A stretch of 63,387 bases of DNA, filler included, from Craspedostauros australis (lineage: Eukaryota), in the NCBI GenBank assembly GCA_030167865.1. It is 13 parts of 13 records of this genome, joined end to end, with 100 filler letters (N's around TTAATTAATTAA, not from the genome) between each part and the next. Parts side by side here need not be neighbours in the genome. Positions count along the whole stretch, not along the records: positions 36,177 to 40,364 come from JALAGF010005941.1; positions 40,465 to 43,030 come from JALAGF010005942.1; positions 43,131 to 48,645 come from JALAGF010005946.1; positions 48,746 to 50,075 come from JALAGF010005947.1; positions 50,176 to 53,245 come from JALAGF010005948.1; 8 more parts are not named here. One strand, 5' to 3'. Positions 39,078 through 51,521 of the stretch are shown piece by piece. The notes under the pieces were generated by a model. The model did not search any database, was not told the DNA's origin, and was given only the letters and a program-made list of their open reading frames with translations. Within the stretch, counting starts at the first letter, position 1, and each line of letters starts with the position of its first letter. Position numbers and translations under genes: made by a program.

Positions 39078-40076
39078 ATGCAAACTGGAGCAGCGTGGGT
39101 TGTACTGATATCCATGAAGAAATTCGTCCACTACTCTGCGCTCCTCTGCACACACTCTTACAGACTTACGGAGGAGATGCTGATGGCAACCGGATGGAAG
39201 GATGACGACTTTTTGTACGGGCAGGCTGATTGTCTCGTCATCAAGCCGACCAAGCGAGAAAAGGAACTCGTGATCTTGGCTGCTCATGTCCGAGGTGAGA
39301 TGATGCCGCTCGATCGACTGCAGCTTGATACCGCCATCACATCATCATCATCATCCACTTCGTGGTCGTCGTCGTCGCCCAAATCGTCCTCATCGTCGTT
39401 GATATCGGCATCCAACAGCCTGCGCCAAGCATCCACAGGTGACAGCGCCGTGGACGACTGCAATGCGAACGAATTCGACGTCGACGAGCAGATCTACTCA
39501 TACGGCAAGTCCTTTGACGAAGATCATTTCGTCATCCCATCGTCTCATTCATCGACTGGGATTGAGCTCGCCAACGCAATCGGCGCACATCGAATTCCAG
39601 GGCTGTGGGATCAAACTGTGCTGCGCGACACTCGGACGCAAATCAGAACCACAGAAGCCAGCAGACTGCAGCTCAGTCTGTTGCAGAGTGTGATTGGCGA
39701 CCCTGCTCGAGTATCGCATCTATTGCAACGACGGTCAGCAGCACTGCCATCGCGAAATGAACCGGGAGTTGCTGGAGGTTCAACAATACAGGTGCAGCAT
39801 CAATTCTGTCTGGATTACGCTCCCATGCTCCGGTACATTGCTGCAATCGAATGCTGCAACGAGTTCGCATTCAACCAACTCCAGCAGGCGCAGACGGCAG
39901 CAGCTGATGATGGCATTGTGCGCACACGAAGATCCAAGCGGCGACATCATCAAACCCACAGCCAATACTTTGATTCAATTTCACAATCTCTGCGATACGA
40001 CATGCATGACATGTCGTCTTCACAAGTTGCATGGCTGTTGGCAAATGGCATGCTAATCTACGAATACGAACAATAG
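39078..40076 (+). CDS. Hypothetical protein whose C-terminus resembles the ATAD5/Elg1 C-terminal motif
   Basis: LDYAPMLRYIAAIE...RRSKRRHH...QYFD recalls the EYLPTLRNICKTE...KRRFLHYF end of ATAD5. No AAA+ domain is seen. Confidence 0.4.
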   Translation: MQTGAAWVVLISMKKFVHYSALLCTHSYRLTEEMLMATGWKDDDFLYGQADCLVIKPTKREKELVILAAHVRGEMMPLDRLQLDTAITSSSSSTSWSSSSPKSSSSSLISASNSLRQASTGDSAVDDCNANEFDVDEQIYSYGKSFDEDHFVIPSSHSSTGIELANAIGAHRIPGLWDQTVLRDTRTQIRTTEASRLQLSLLQSVIGDPARVSHLLQRRSAALPSRNEPGVAGGSTIQVQHQFCLDYAPMLRYIAAIECCNEFAFNQLQQAQTAAADDGIVRTRRSKRRHHQTHSQYFDSISQSLRYDMHDMSSSQVAWLLANGMLIYEYEQ

Positions 40077-40145
40077 AATGCAAATGATTTACAACCAGTT
40101 TCTGCTATCTGTTATTGTATGACTATGTACAGCTGCCAAGAGCTC

Positions 40146-40364
40146 AGATGGTTGGTTCGTTGGTGTTGCTGTTGTTGCGGTCGATGGTGTTGTTGGTGCT
40201 GGCCTTGTTGGCCGTTTTGAATCTCTTTCAGCAAGTCAGAATTGTGGTGTTCACAATGCCCTGCAAGTTCTCTGAAGCTTGGTCGATACGCTGCTTTGCA
40301 GCCTCGTCAGCTTGGTCGATGCGCTTCTCTGTGATCCGATCCAAGTTCTCCGAAGCTTGGTCGA
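40146..40364 (-). CDS. 3' end of a gene with 11-residue helical repeats (RIDQASENL/RIDQADEAA)
   Basis: TCGACCAAGCT recurs at 33-42 nt spacing. TGA at 40228-40230; cut by the scaffold end. Confidence 0.4.
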
Positions 40365-40464
40365 NNNNNNNNNNNNNNNNNNNNNNNNNNNNNNNNNNNN
40401 NNNNNNNNTTAATTAATTAANNNNNNNNNNNNNNNNNNNNNNNNNNNNNNNNNNNNNNNNNNNN

Positions 40465-43030
40465 ACAACATGGAACTGAGGTGTGATTGAACCTGTCCGT
40501 GGTGATAGGACCAGGGGTACGGTTGAAGCATGCTTCGTGGATAAACCCATGTTCACGTATCTTTCTCCTCTTGGTTCCCATCGAGGTATCTTTCGTCCGT
40601 CGGCCAGTGCTTTGTTAAGAACATAGACTGGGCTGCCCCATACGTGCAGGTTATGAAGTTGCTTGAGGGGGAGACGAATGCGTGATAGAACATCGTAAGG
40701 TGTGAGGCCTGTGGCGGGATTAGGCACGCGATTGTAGATGTACGCGGCATGCACTACGGCCATTGGCCACAGTTGAGCGTCGAACATTGTTGGCCAATGA
40801 ATGCTTTGATGCATCATCATGGTTCGGGCCATTGATACAATTGTTCGAATGCTTCGCTCGGCGATTCCATTGTGGTGATGTGCGCCGACACCTGCGAATC
40901 GATGGACTTGATGGAATATCTCAAGGTGTTTGGAGTATTCGGGCGAGGTGAAGGTGGTGGCGTTATCCGATAGATAGGATCGTACGGGGACTCCCACATC
41001 ACGACACATCAGTTCGAACCGTTCCTTGGCTTCGAGGGTGGCGTGCATGGTTAGCGCTGCCACGGGTTCCACATGGATGTATCCTGATGCGTGGTCGACG
41101 AAGATGGCTCCGCCTTTGTACATTTCGTTTGGATCGCCTTTGCCTCGTCCTGAGAAGAGGCGTCCTGGCGTTCGACCGACGAAGTGGTCCACTGATACCT
41201 GTTGTCCTGGGAACAAGTGATCGGTGCGCAAAACTCCTTGTTTGTCACGGACGACATGTTGAGTTATCCCTGGGGAAGGGCGACGGTGCAGCTTTCCGAA
41301 TTGGCATGCGGCGCAGAGCGGAAGGCTTGTGACCCTTGCCGCAGCTGTGTGCATCTTTCTAGACGATTCTGACCCAGTGAGCGTACCCGAACGCAGTAGG
41401 AACTTCACTCGACTGAAGGATAAGTGTCCGAGACGATAGTGCCATCGAAGAAGTTCCTTTTGCGGTTGGGTGAGGTTCACGTTGTGGTCCGACACGGTAG
41501 AGACGATGGAAGTTAGTGCGGCTGGCACGTCATGGATGTTGTCGGCGCTGTAGCCGACGGATGTTGGCAGCCTTGTGGACTTCTTGTAGCTCGCTACGAT
41601 TGCATTGCGATCGTCGTTTCCCAGGATTCCGCTNNNNNNNNNNNNNNNNNNNNNNNNNNNNNNNNNNNNNNNNNNNNNNNNNNNNNNNNNNNNNNNNNNN
41701 NNNNNNNNNNNNNNNNNNNNNNNNNNNNNNNNNNNNNNNNNNNNNNNNNNNNNNNNNNNNNNNNNNNNNNNNNNNNNNNNNNNNNNNNNNNNNNNNNNNN
41801 NNNNNNNNNNGACGGTTCCCAACGCATTCACTTGGATTTTCTTGAGGAATCCGTTGAGAAAGGTCGGTTTTGGTGGAGGACTTGGAGTAGAACAAAAATC
41901 GTTGAGGTCATTTGTCACAGAGATTGACGCTCCGCTGTCCCATACGAGTTCGAATGGAGCATCAGGCGAGAGATAACTCTCAGCCTTAGCTGGGGATGCG
42001 AAAGCGTTGCGATTGGAGAAGTAGGAGGCTAGACCTTGCAGAGTGAGTAGTGCNNNNNNNNNNNNNNNNNNNNNNNNNNNNNNNNNNNNNNNNNNNNNNN
42101 NNNNNNNNNNNNNNNNNNNNNNNNNNNNNNNNNNNNNNNNNNNNNNNNNNNNNNNNNNNNCTTCCTGGCGGGGCAATTTTGCAGTCGTGAATGGTTGGTT
42201 TTTACCATAAGTGGAAGTTTTCGACTGGTTCCGGTAACGACGTTTTGATCTGTGATTGCGAGTTTTGGTCCGAGTTTGGGGACGCCACACACGTTTTGTT
42301 CGTGGGGAGTTCACTTTCGACACGTTCACAGTTTTGGGTCCATCTGGGTCAAGGCTTTCCATCACGAGATCGTAGAGNNNNNNNNNNNNNNNNNNNNNNN
42401 NNNNNNNNNNNNNNNNNNNNNNNNNNNGGAGAAGTAGGAGGCTAGACCTTGCAGAGTGAGTAGTGCGGGCATGTCATTGTCACATTGTTGTTTTTGATTT
42501 CGATCATACATTAAGTCGATTCCGCGAGTTGGGTACAAGCTCCAGAGGTTTCGTGAGATGGGTGAGGTGCGATCTTCCTGGCGGGGCAATTTTGCAGTCG
42601 TGAATGGTTGGTTTTTACCATAAGTGGAAGTTTTCGACTGGTTCCGGTAACGACGTTTTGATCTGTGATTGCGAGTTTTGGTCCGAGTTTGGGGACGCCA
42701 CACACNTTTTGTTCGTGGGGAGTTCACTTTCGACACGTTCACAGTTTTGGGTCCATCTGGGTCAAGGCTTTCCATCACGAGATCGTAGAGACTGCGTTTC
42801 ACAGCTCCATTGAAGTGTGTGGGACGTTTGTGCACTTGCTTGAACCGTTCCTTGACTCGTGCCTTGTTATAGGCTAAATCAGTAGAGTTGATTAAGTCGG
42901 GTCTTCGTGGAACGTTCGTGTGGAGGAGGAGTAGAATTACGGCGATTAGCATCCAGGCATTAGCTGCCGCAATGTACCACCCATACTCTACTCCGATGGT
43001 GATGACTTGGAGTGAAGCGAAGAGGAGAAC
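40465..43030 (-). mobile_element. Ty1/copia fragment of a second lineage (protease, HHCC, integrase core)
   Basis: Motifs VWDSGAS; RWHYRLGH...CAAC; VSVDH, SDNA, NGIAER; WGSPVYVL. Confidence 0.9.
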
Positions 43031-43130
43031 NNNNNNNNNNNNNNNNNNNNNNNNNNNNNNNNNNNNNNNNNNNNTTAATTAATTAANNNNNNNNNNNNNN
43101 NNNNNNNNNNNNNNNNNNNNNNNNNNNNNN

Positions 43131-45429
43131 GATCCAATGCATTCGGCCGCGTTCGCTCTCACCACCAAAAAGGAGAAGAAGAAGGCAACAACCACCTCAA
43201 CCAACCAACGCAAAGCACGCACCAACAAGCACAAACGCAAGAAGAACACTCTCAAAAGCGACACGCCAACCGTCACAAATGACACTTCTCCCACCACCAT
43301 GACCGAACAACCACGTAAAGTATGCAACCGTTGTGGCGCAGCAATGCGATTTGTGGATGATCGTTTTGTTCCTTTTGTCACAATGCTTAAGGACAACGAA
43401 CTCGCAGAACACAAAGACGAATTGCAATCAATGCTTGCGGCGGCGCCAGGATTCTCCGATGAAATCATTAATTACATGGCTCACAAAGTGCGTGCCAAAG
43501 TGCAATTCCGACAAATCGCTTTTTATCAATCCCAGCTCAATGATAAGCCTGAAAGAGCCTATGTGGTACTCGACCATAAGCAAAAAATTCTACCAACAGG
43601 CCAAAGCGAAGCCCAACAAGAATATTGGGGGAAGAAGGGGATGTCACTGCTTGGGGCGATGGCCATCACGTGTCGCAACGACATTTTTACTTATCGGTTC
43701 ATCGACATTGTGGTCGGCGGAAGACCGACTCAAGACACTCTTCAAGTTGGTGGACTGCTGGAGATCGTGCAAAAAAAGGTCAAAGAAATTCTCCCATCCG
43801 TGACTGAAATCATTCTACAGAGCGATAATGCGTGTTGTTTCGCCAGTCACGAGCACATCGCGCTCATCACATCGGTACTCAACAAGAACCTTGCGACACG
43901 AAAAGCAGCTAAAATCATCGCGTGGATCTACACNNNNNNNNNNNNNNNNNNNNNNNNNNTGGACACCCACTTCGCGTACATCACCCGTGTACTGCGAAAA
44001 TACGTGCAAAGTGGCAAGGACATCAAGACCCCTTTCCAAGTCTTCCTCGCGCTCCAAGCCGGCAGCATCGCGGGGACAACCACGGTACTTGCCAATGCGT
44101 CGTCCCTCCAAGGCAACATCACGACGCTTCCTGGCGCACCAAAACGACGATTCCGTGCGAACGGGCAACAGGTACGTCAAACTCACGAGGTGAAGTATGA
44201 CGATGACCAGGCACGGTTGGTGGCTGCATCTGGCATCACGGAAGACGTCCTTGTGAAGAGCGCTGAATGGGACGGCTGGATCATCAACCAGCTGGGCGTT
44301 GCCGATGTTCACACACACANGTCCGACAAGCTGCCGATAACGTCCGAATCGTTCAGGAAGACGGACAAGACGCGAAAACTCGGGCGCACAGCGGCAGAGA
44401 GCAAGGGGCTGGTGTTCGGCAAAGCGATCCAAGACGTACAAGGATGCGTGCCGACCGACCGCACCGCGGAGTTGAAGGACAAGACTGCAGAAACCGAACA
44501 CCCACCGCTTGCAGTGCCAGGCTGGGCGAGCAAAACCGTACGGATCAACGCGAAACTACCAGACTACATCGCGGACAAATTGAAGGGCATCAGTNNNNNN
44601 NNNNNNNNNNNNNNNNNNNNNNNNNNNNNNNNNNNNNNNNNNNNTCACGGAAGACGTCCTTGTGAAGAGCGCTGAATGGGACGGCTGGATCATCAACCAG
44701 CTGGGCGTTGCCGATGTTCACACACACACGTCCGACAAGCTGCCGATAACGTCCGAATCGTTCAGGAAGACGGACAAGACGCGAAAACTCGGGCGCACAG
44801 CGGCAGAGAGCAAGGGGCTGGTGTTCGGCAAAGCGATCCAAGACGTACAAGGATGCGTGCCGACCGACCGCACCGCGGAGTTGAAGGACAAGACTGCAGA
44901 AACCGAACACCCACCGCTTGCAGTGCCAGGCTGGGCGAGCAAAACCGTACGGATCAACGCGAAACTACCAGACTACATCGCGGACAAATTGAAGGGCATC
45001 AGTGAAGCGTCCGCGAAGGACCCAAAAAACAGGCCATCGGAGCACGAAGCACACGAGAAACTGATGAACAACAAAAGAACCAAAACTGACTGGTACGTAC
45101 AACTGCACGCAAATCCCATGCGCGTGAAAGCGTCGCTGTCTGCAGCGTACAATGCCAAACAACGCAAGGAAAAGAAGGAGGCCGCTCTCATCAAGACAGA
45201 CACCAACACCAACACCAACCCAACAGCAACAGCATCTGCAATCGTGGCGACCCACAATGCACCAGCTGAAACACAGGAGGAACGAAGAGAAGAAGAGTTG
45301 CAGAGAGAAGAAGAGGAGCTGGATCATCAGATGTGGTGTGATGCTCACACAATGAAGACCAACACAGAAAGTGAAGCTGTGTTGGATGATGAGACGGAAA
45401 ATTGTGATGAGCACGTACTGCCGCAATAA
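43131..45429 (+). CDS. Sola-like (Sola3-type) DDD transposase; partial, with assembly duplication 44645-45003
   Basis: Motifs VVLDHKQKILP..EAQQEYWGKKGMS, QDT, LQSDNACCF, then DTHF after a gap. The ORF stops inside the family B TIR. Confidence 0.6.
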
Positions 45430-46930
45430 CACTAGTTGTGGAGTTTTGTGGGTGGCAGACCATGCTACTAAAACGAGTCTAGAGGCCGTCCAAAAAGCAC
45501 ATCCAATATCTGCTTATCATGCCATATCTCAACAACACATCGCATAAAATTAAAGATAAGCATTGCATTCAGACGCCTGACTATCGTTTAATCATAATAT
45601 CGAAGTTAAATGAGTATAGAAAATATTTTGGAAGTCATGTTGGTTTGCTGTGTGTTGTGTGGTGGATTCGAAAAAAATGGTCGATGGCACAATGTTGCCC
45701 TCCAATGAGCACACATGATCATCATCATCATCCTTGCATTTCAGCAAACTGTGCACACCATTCGCTCTGTATACCCCCCAGCTATCCACTCCAGGAAGGT
45801 TGGCCTCAGACATTGGTTCTGCATGCAGCAATGCAGCCACACACTGAAACAGAGCGTTTTCGAAAAATCATTTTCAATCCGGATGCGGTATGGATACGGA
45901 TCCATACCTCATCCATACAATCCTTGCAGCCCCTCCTTGTGCCCCTCGTGCATTACCACGCTCCATGGCGACACGCAGATGCATCCAGAATGGGCTGGGA
46001 GTGCCTGGTCGACGTGATACACCTCCATATGATGATGTGGTTGGGCATTTTTTGCTCCCACCAACAACAACCATTCTGCAGATATGGTCGGCTGCAGCCT
46101 CTTGTACACCGTCTCTGTGGCGCACACTTCACGATGTGCATCTTCAAATGATGCCGCACGCATCTTGTATGGGGGCCTTGGCGATTGAGGGGCGTCTTCC
46201 CATCGCCCCTCACCGCCAAAGCCACGCGACCAGTGCTGCGCAAGCCGCAACCAAAACTCCTCAAAACCACCTTTGCCTCCGCGCGGACACCTTCCCAGTG
46301 CTCCGCGACCCTCAAACTTCGAGGGCGCCTTCTCCTTGCCCCTCTTGAGGCGTCTTGCCCATCCGTAGGCGCTGATATGGCCTGTGTGTGCCACACATCG
46401 GCCAACACCAACGAGCCGATTTGGAGCCAAATTGTGGCCGTATTTCTGGGGCCTACGACGGCCCCAAATCAACCCCTCTTCCCGCCTCCGCTCGTCCACC
46501 CCCCAAACGTTTCGTGGAGATGACGGCGATGTGCTTGGATCTTGGATTGGCCTGCTGGTTGTTGCGGCGCCAAGCATACCGTTGGACGGCCATTGTGGAG
46601 TTTTTTTGGTGTTGCGCCATTGTCATGTTGGTGTGTCCAGTTTGCCACTCTCGACCAGCCTCACATGTTGGGGGATGTGGAGGTTTACCTCCAATTGTAG
46701 TAACTCTCCAAAAGGAGCACAACACAACACATTTGAGGAGTACCAACCCCACTCAACCACTTCGCCACGAAGAAGCAAACCTGATGATGTTTCGCATCGT
46801 GATATCATTGGTGTTTTATGACGAAGCATCTAGTTGCGTGACGTCGATGACGGATTGGACAAGCACATTGTGTAATTAACGTAAACGCGGATTCACCGCT
46901 TACCCCAATATTCTACAACTAGTGCTATCG
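45424..46930 (+). mobile_element. Family B full-length non-autonomous TIR element, 1507 bp
   Basis: CAATAACACTAGTTGTGGA (45424-45442) and TCTACAACTAGTGCTATCG (46912-46930) form a 16/19 inverted repeat. Confidence 0.7.
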
Positions 46931-47786
46931 TGGAGGGACTGTTGGATGGTCCCACCCGAACACCTGAAAAAGAGACTAAACAATTCAAAATCGGAACATA
47001 GTCGCTGAAACAAAGAACAGCAAAGGGTTAAGTTGGATCGATGTAGTCGTAAGCAAGAGGCCGAAACACGAAAGAGATCGAAAATTGCGCATATCCATCG
47101 GTCCATAAAACTTAAANTAGGATCTGATTCAAAAATGTAATGGTTAATTATTTGTATTAGACCTACAAGGATTACGAATATGTGCTTGGTTAGTATGTAG
47201 GAGAGAAAATTTCTGGAGGCCAATAAAAACATGCAGGTCGACTCACTAAGGGGGCTCCTATTGCGAGTCCGGTTTGACATTGTTCGTGATGACAAACTGT
47301 CCGGATGGGAAAAGGCAAACGGACATACGTGTAAAACCGTTGCAATGGCGTTAATAGCAGAGCACAAACGTCATCAAATGGAAGCCAGCAGGAGAGCAAA
47401 CCGACACATGTGTACGATACGATAGGGCTCATAATCTACATCTTTACGGCTTTGACATCCTTAATTTGGGTTACATGCGTGGAATAACTTGAAGGTATGG
47501 AATTGAAGGGAAATTTAAGATTATGGTCAGAGGGCACAAGGTCTTAGGTACGTTGATCGTGATCTCTACTCTGGTACAGGGGATGCACCTGGTTGTGTCC
47601 CAATGTAACGTCTAAATAACCACTAATAACGCTCGCGTCTCCTTGTCACAACCACGATTTTGGTTGATTGGGCACCACGGTTTGGCGCGTGGTGTGTGGG
47701 AACTCTTCGCAACACCTCCACACAACAAAAGCATCTCCACCGATCACCACCAAAGTGTCTCGACAGCAGCAGCGACGATAGACAAC

Positions 47787-48645
47787 ATGGAATCACCGAA
47801 CGAAGATAGTGCGGACGCGTCCTCATCTCCGCCTACCCAGAGCGTCCCATCTTCCGACTTGTGGCATTGCCAATTCTCAAGTTGGTACCCAATCTTTTCC
47901 AAGTGTGTCGGAAAGAAGCGAGTCAACGTGACGATCAACTCCAAGATCGTGTACCCCGCATCGCCTGCGCAATTCCAGAAGTACCTGCTCAGCGACGGCG
48001 TGAATCTTCCCACAGAAGCAACCAAGGTGTCCAGCTTTCTGCCGGATGCGGGTGCTGCGGGAAATGAAAATGATAGTTGGGCATCATCCGCCGAAGACAA
48101 GGCCGACGGTGGCGATGGCGATGCCGACACCGATCCTGAAGAACAGCCCATGCAGCAGGAGCAACAGCAACTGCAACAGCAACCCTACAGCTTCCCCGAT
48201 CTGACTCAACAATTTCAGGATGCAATCGACGAGTTGGGTGGCAGCGCAGTGCCCAAATTGAACTGGTCATCTCCCAAGGACGCCACATGGATGAACGGCG
48301 GCAGCCTCAAGTGCCAAACACCAGGTGACATCTACGTGCTCTTGAAGAGCAGCGACTTCGTCCAGCACGACGTCGAGCTTCTCTCTCAACAACAGCGACA
48401 AAGTGAGCACGGCCATGGCAGCAGATTCCCATTGCAATGCGTGCTGCGAAAATTCTGCACGTTGTATCCCAGCATGGAGTTTCGATGCTTCGTTCGGAGC
48501 AATCAATTGCTGGCGATCTCTCAACGCAATGACACTCAATTCTACAAGCACTTGGCGAACGACCAGGATCATTTTGCTGATCTGATTGAAGATTTCTTCG
48601 AGGATTACATCCAGAGCGTGTTCGGTGTTGTACGAGTGGGCAATG
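47787..48645 (+). CDS. CDC123: Cell division cycle protein 123 (D123 family, eIF2 assembly factor), 3'-truncated
   Basis: Motifs CQFSSWYPIF, YLLSDG, PKLNWSSPKDATW, LLKSSDF, EFRCFV and AISQR. Confidence 0.93.
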
Positions 48646-48745
48646 NNNNNNNNNNNNNNNNNNNNNNNNNNNNNNNNNNNNNNNNNNNNTTAATTAATTA
48701 ANNNNNNNNNNNNNNNNNNNNNNNNNNNNNNNNNNNNNNNNNNNN

Positions 48746-50075
48746 ATATACTTGTGTAGGTTGCAATCATGGAGGAAGCTCTTCTCAAGGATCTTCCGGT
48801 TCTTGAACCTGCCAATAATGGTCTTGTGTTGTGCTCTTGCGACGCCCTTGGCCCTCTTCTCTGTCATGGAGACGAAGTCGCCAGATGTTCTGATGCATTC
48901 ATCGCCGCGATATCCGCGATCATCCTTGATCATCTCGCCATCGTCAAAGCAATTCTTGAGACCTNATTGAAAGATCTTGAGGTCTGGATGAGACCCACAA
49001 GGGAAGGACCCATTGATCCAAACAATGCCGCCACGTTGGATGGAGATCCCAACTTCATATTGCAACCAGGCCCGCGGAATTTGTGGGAGTACCACTTCTT
49101 GTTGAATGAGGTTGGCCCTGCGATCTGGAAATCTGTGCCATCCACCGTGATCTTGCATGAGAGGTCAACTTGGCCAAGGTTACAGTGCTCCCACACAACC
49201 TGAAAAGGAATATGCACAATGAGTGTGAGTGTGCTNNNNNNNNNNNNNNNNNNNNNNNNNNNNNNNNNNNNNNNNNNNNNNNNNNCTTGTGTCGTGCTCT
49301 TGCGATGCCCTTGGCCCTCTTCTCTGCCATGGAGACGAAGTCGCCAGATGTTCTGATGCATTCATCGCCACAATATCCGCGATCATCCTTGATCATCTCG
49401 CCATCGTCAAAGCAATTCTTGAGACCTAATTGAAAGATCTTGAGGTCTGGATGAGACCCACAAGGGAAGGACCCATTGATCCAAACAATGCCGCCACGTT
49501 GGATGGAGATCCCAACTTCATATTGCAACCAGGCCCGCGGAATTTGTGGGAGTACCACTTCTTGTTGAATGAGGTTGGCCCTGCGATCTGGAAATCTATG
49601 CCATCCACCATGATCTTGCATGAGAGGTCAACTTGGCCAAGGTTACAGTGCTCCCACACAACCTGAAAAGGAAAATGCACAATGAGTGTGAGTGTGCTCA
49701 TTTGGAATCGAGCAATTGCACATTGTCAGAGCAAAGTAGACTCAGGCAGACTTCATATGAACTTACCACAGTGTAGAGCTTCGAAGCAATCTGCTTGATG
49801 ACTTGCCATATGTATCTCTTCAGCATCCAATCTGCCACTCCAAGGAAAAACAAGCCATGTGCACAGTGGGATAGTGATGCAAATAGTACAGCATCCACAA
49901 CAGATGCTTGGGCTTGATCAGAGCAGCAAAGTTGCAGTGCTCCCAGATGCAAAGGCACAAGCATGGATTCACACTGAATGTGGATGCGAAGCTCTCTCCA
50001 AACTGTGACTGCGCAAAAGGCTGGTTGCCATTTCTGACTTTCAGAGAGATGGTCATCAGGAACTGGCCAAAGATC
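48746..50075 (-). pseudogene. PIF/Harbinger-type DDE transposase pseudogene with an intron (49766-49663); partly duplicated by assembly
   Basis: Motifs VDGTDFQI, WYSHKF, YEVGISI..GIVWINGSFPCG..DLKIF and DRGY; a frameshift; a GTAAGT...TTTCAG intron. Confidence 0.8.
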
Positions 50076-50175
50076 NNNNNNNNNNNNNNNNNNNNNNNNN
50101 NNNNNNNNNNNNNNNNNNNTTAATTAATTAANNNNNNNNNNNNNNNNNNNNNNNNNNNNNNNNNNNNNNNNNNNN

Positions 50176-51312
50176 CGCCTTTCCACCTTGGAGTTTGGAG
50201 TATCTGTAGTTCAGCACATTCCGGATGGCCTCGATCGTCACCTTCTCTGGACCCATCTGTAGTTGGTATTCGAAGTTGCTCACTTCGTCGTCGTAGTCCT
50301 TGCTGAGGCTGCTGAGTACCTGCATGATCAGCTCTCTCTCGCTGATTTCGTATTTCACCTCTTGGAGGCGAGTGCGGAGCAGCTCAAGCCGTGTGACGTA
50401 GATGTCGGGATCCGTATCCCTCGCCATGCGTTCCGTGTTNNNNTGGCGCTTCAGCCGCAGCACCGTGGATGCATCGGTCGGCTGGTACTTCTCCTTCAGC
50501 ATCTTCCATGCTGCCGCTGGGTTCCCCTCGGAGTGCTGCTCGTCGCAGCATTGGTTGATCAGTTGGATCGCCTGCTTTCCAGTTCCTTGCTCTGCATCCA
50601 TCATCAGGATCAGATCACTGAAGCAGTCCAGCGCTAGTTCGCGCGTCTCTTCGAGGGCCTCCCTCTTCTCTTCGTCACTCTCTCTCTCGATGTCTTCTTT
50701 CGTCGGGATGGGCTTCTCTCCCATCATGATATCCTTGTATCGCTGCGTACGCGCGTACGCCTTTGCCTGCGATTCCCATGCATTGTAGTCTTCCTTCTTT
50801 CCGCTGAAGGATGGGGCCTTGCGCCTCTTGTAGGTTTCCTTTGTCATTTTCTTCTTCGATGTAGTTTGCTTGCTTGTGTCTTGTGTGCCGCCTGTCGATT
50901 GGCTCTCTTCTCTCTCTTCTTCTCTTTCTGACTCTTCGTTGTCGTTGGATGCGAGGGGATCGATGCCGCTGTCTCTCTCTGACGCGCTACCCCTGCCTTC
51001 TGTTTCCGTCTGCTGTACTTCTGTCTCGTACGCTTCCACTTTCACTGCTGGCTGTGATGGAGTCGATGTGGATGTCTCTGTCGATGCCGATGTCGGTCTC
51101 GGCTGGTCTCTCTGCCGCGTCTCTGCGCCGGCTCTTCGTGCAGCTTGCTCTGCTTCCGTTTCGATGATGGCTCCTTGCTGAGCTCTTGGTTGTTGGATGG
51201 GTGCACCCGCTCCTTCTCGCGTGAGGTTCGGAGTCTCGTCCTCGTCTCCCTCGGTCTCGTCCTCGATCACTGGTGTGAGAGGGAATGCAGTCTCTTCGGT
51301 TTCTTCGCTCAT
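50176..51312 (-). CDS. Ty1/copia Gag (UBN2-type), 3' end cut by the scaffold end
   Basis: Motifs FSGKKEDYNAW, AAAWKMLKEKY and VLSSLSKDYD, with an acidic N-terminal extension. Confidence 0.85.
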
Positions 51313-51521
51313 TCAGTGCTCGTCTCGCTTCTCGTCTCGTCCTCGATCACTCGTGTGAGAGGGTACTCTGTCTCTTCGTCTCGTCCTCGATCACCGGTGT
51401 GAGAGGGTATGCTAGCTCGTCTCTCGCTCGTCGCTCATGCAGCGTCTCTCGCTCATGCAGCGTCTCTCGCTCTTCGATCTCTCCTTGCACAGGGCTTCCC
51501 TGGTGCTAACGTTTATAAACG

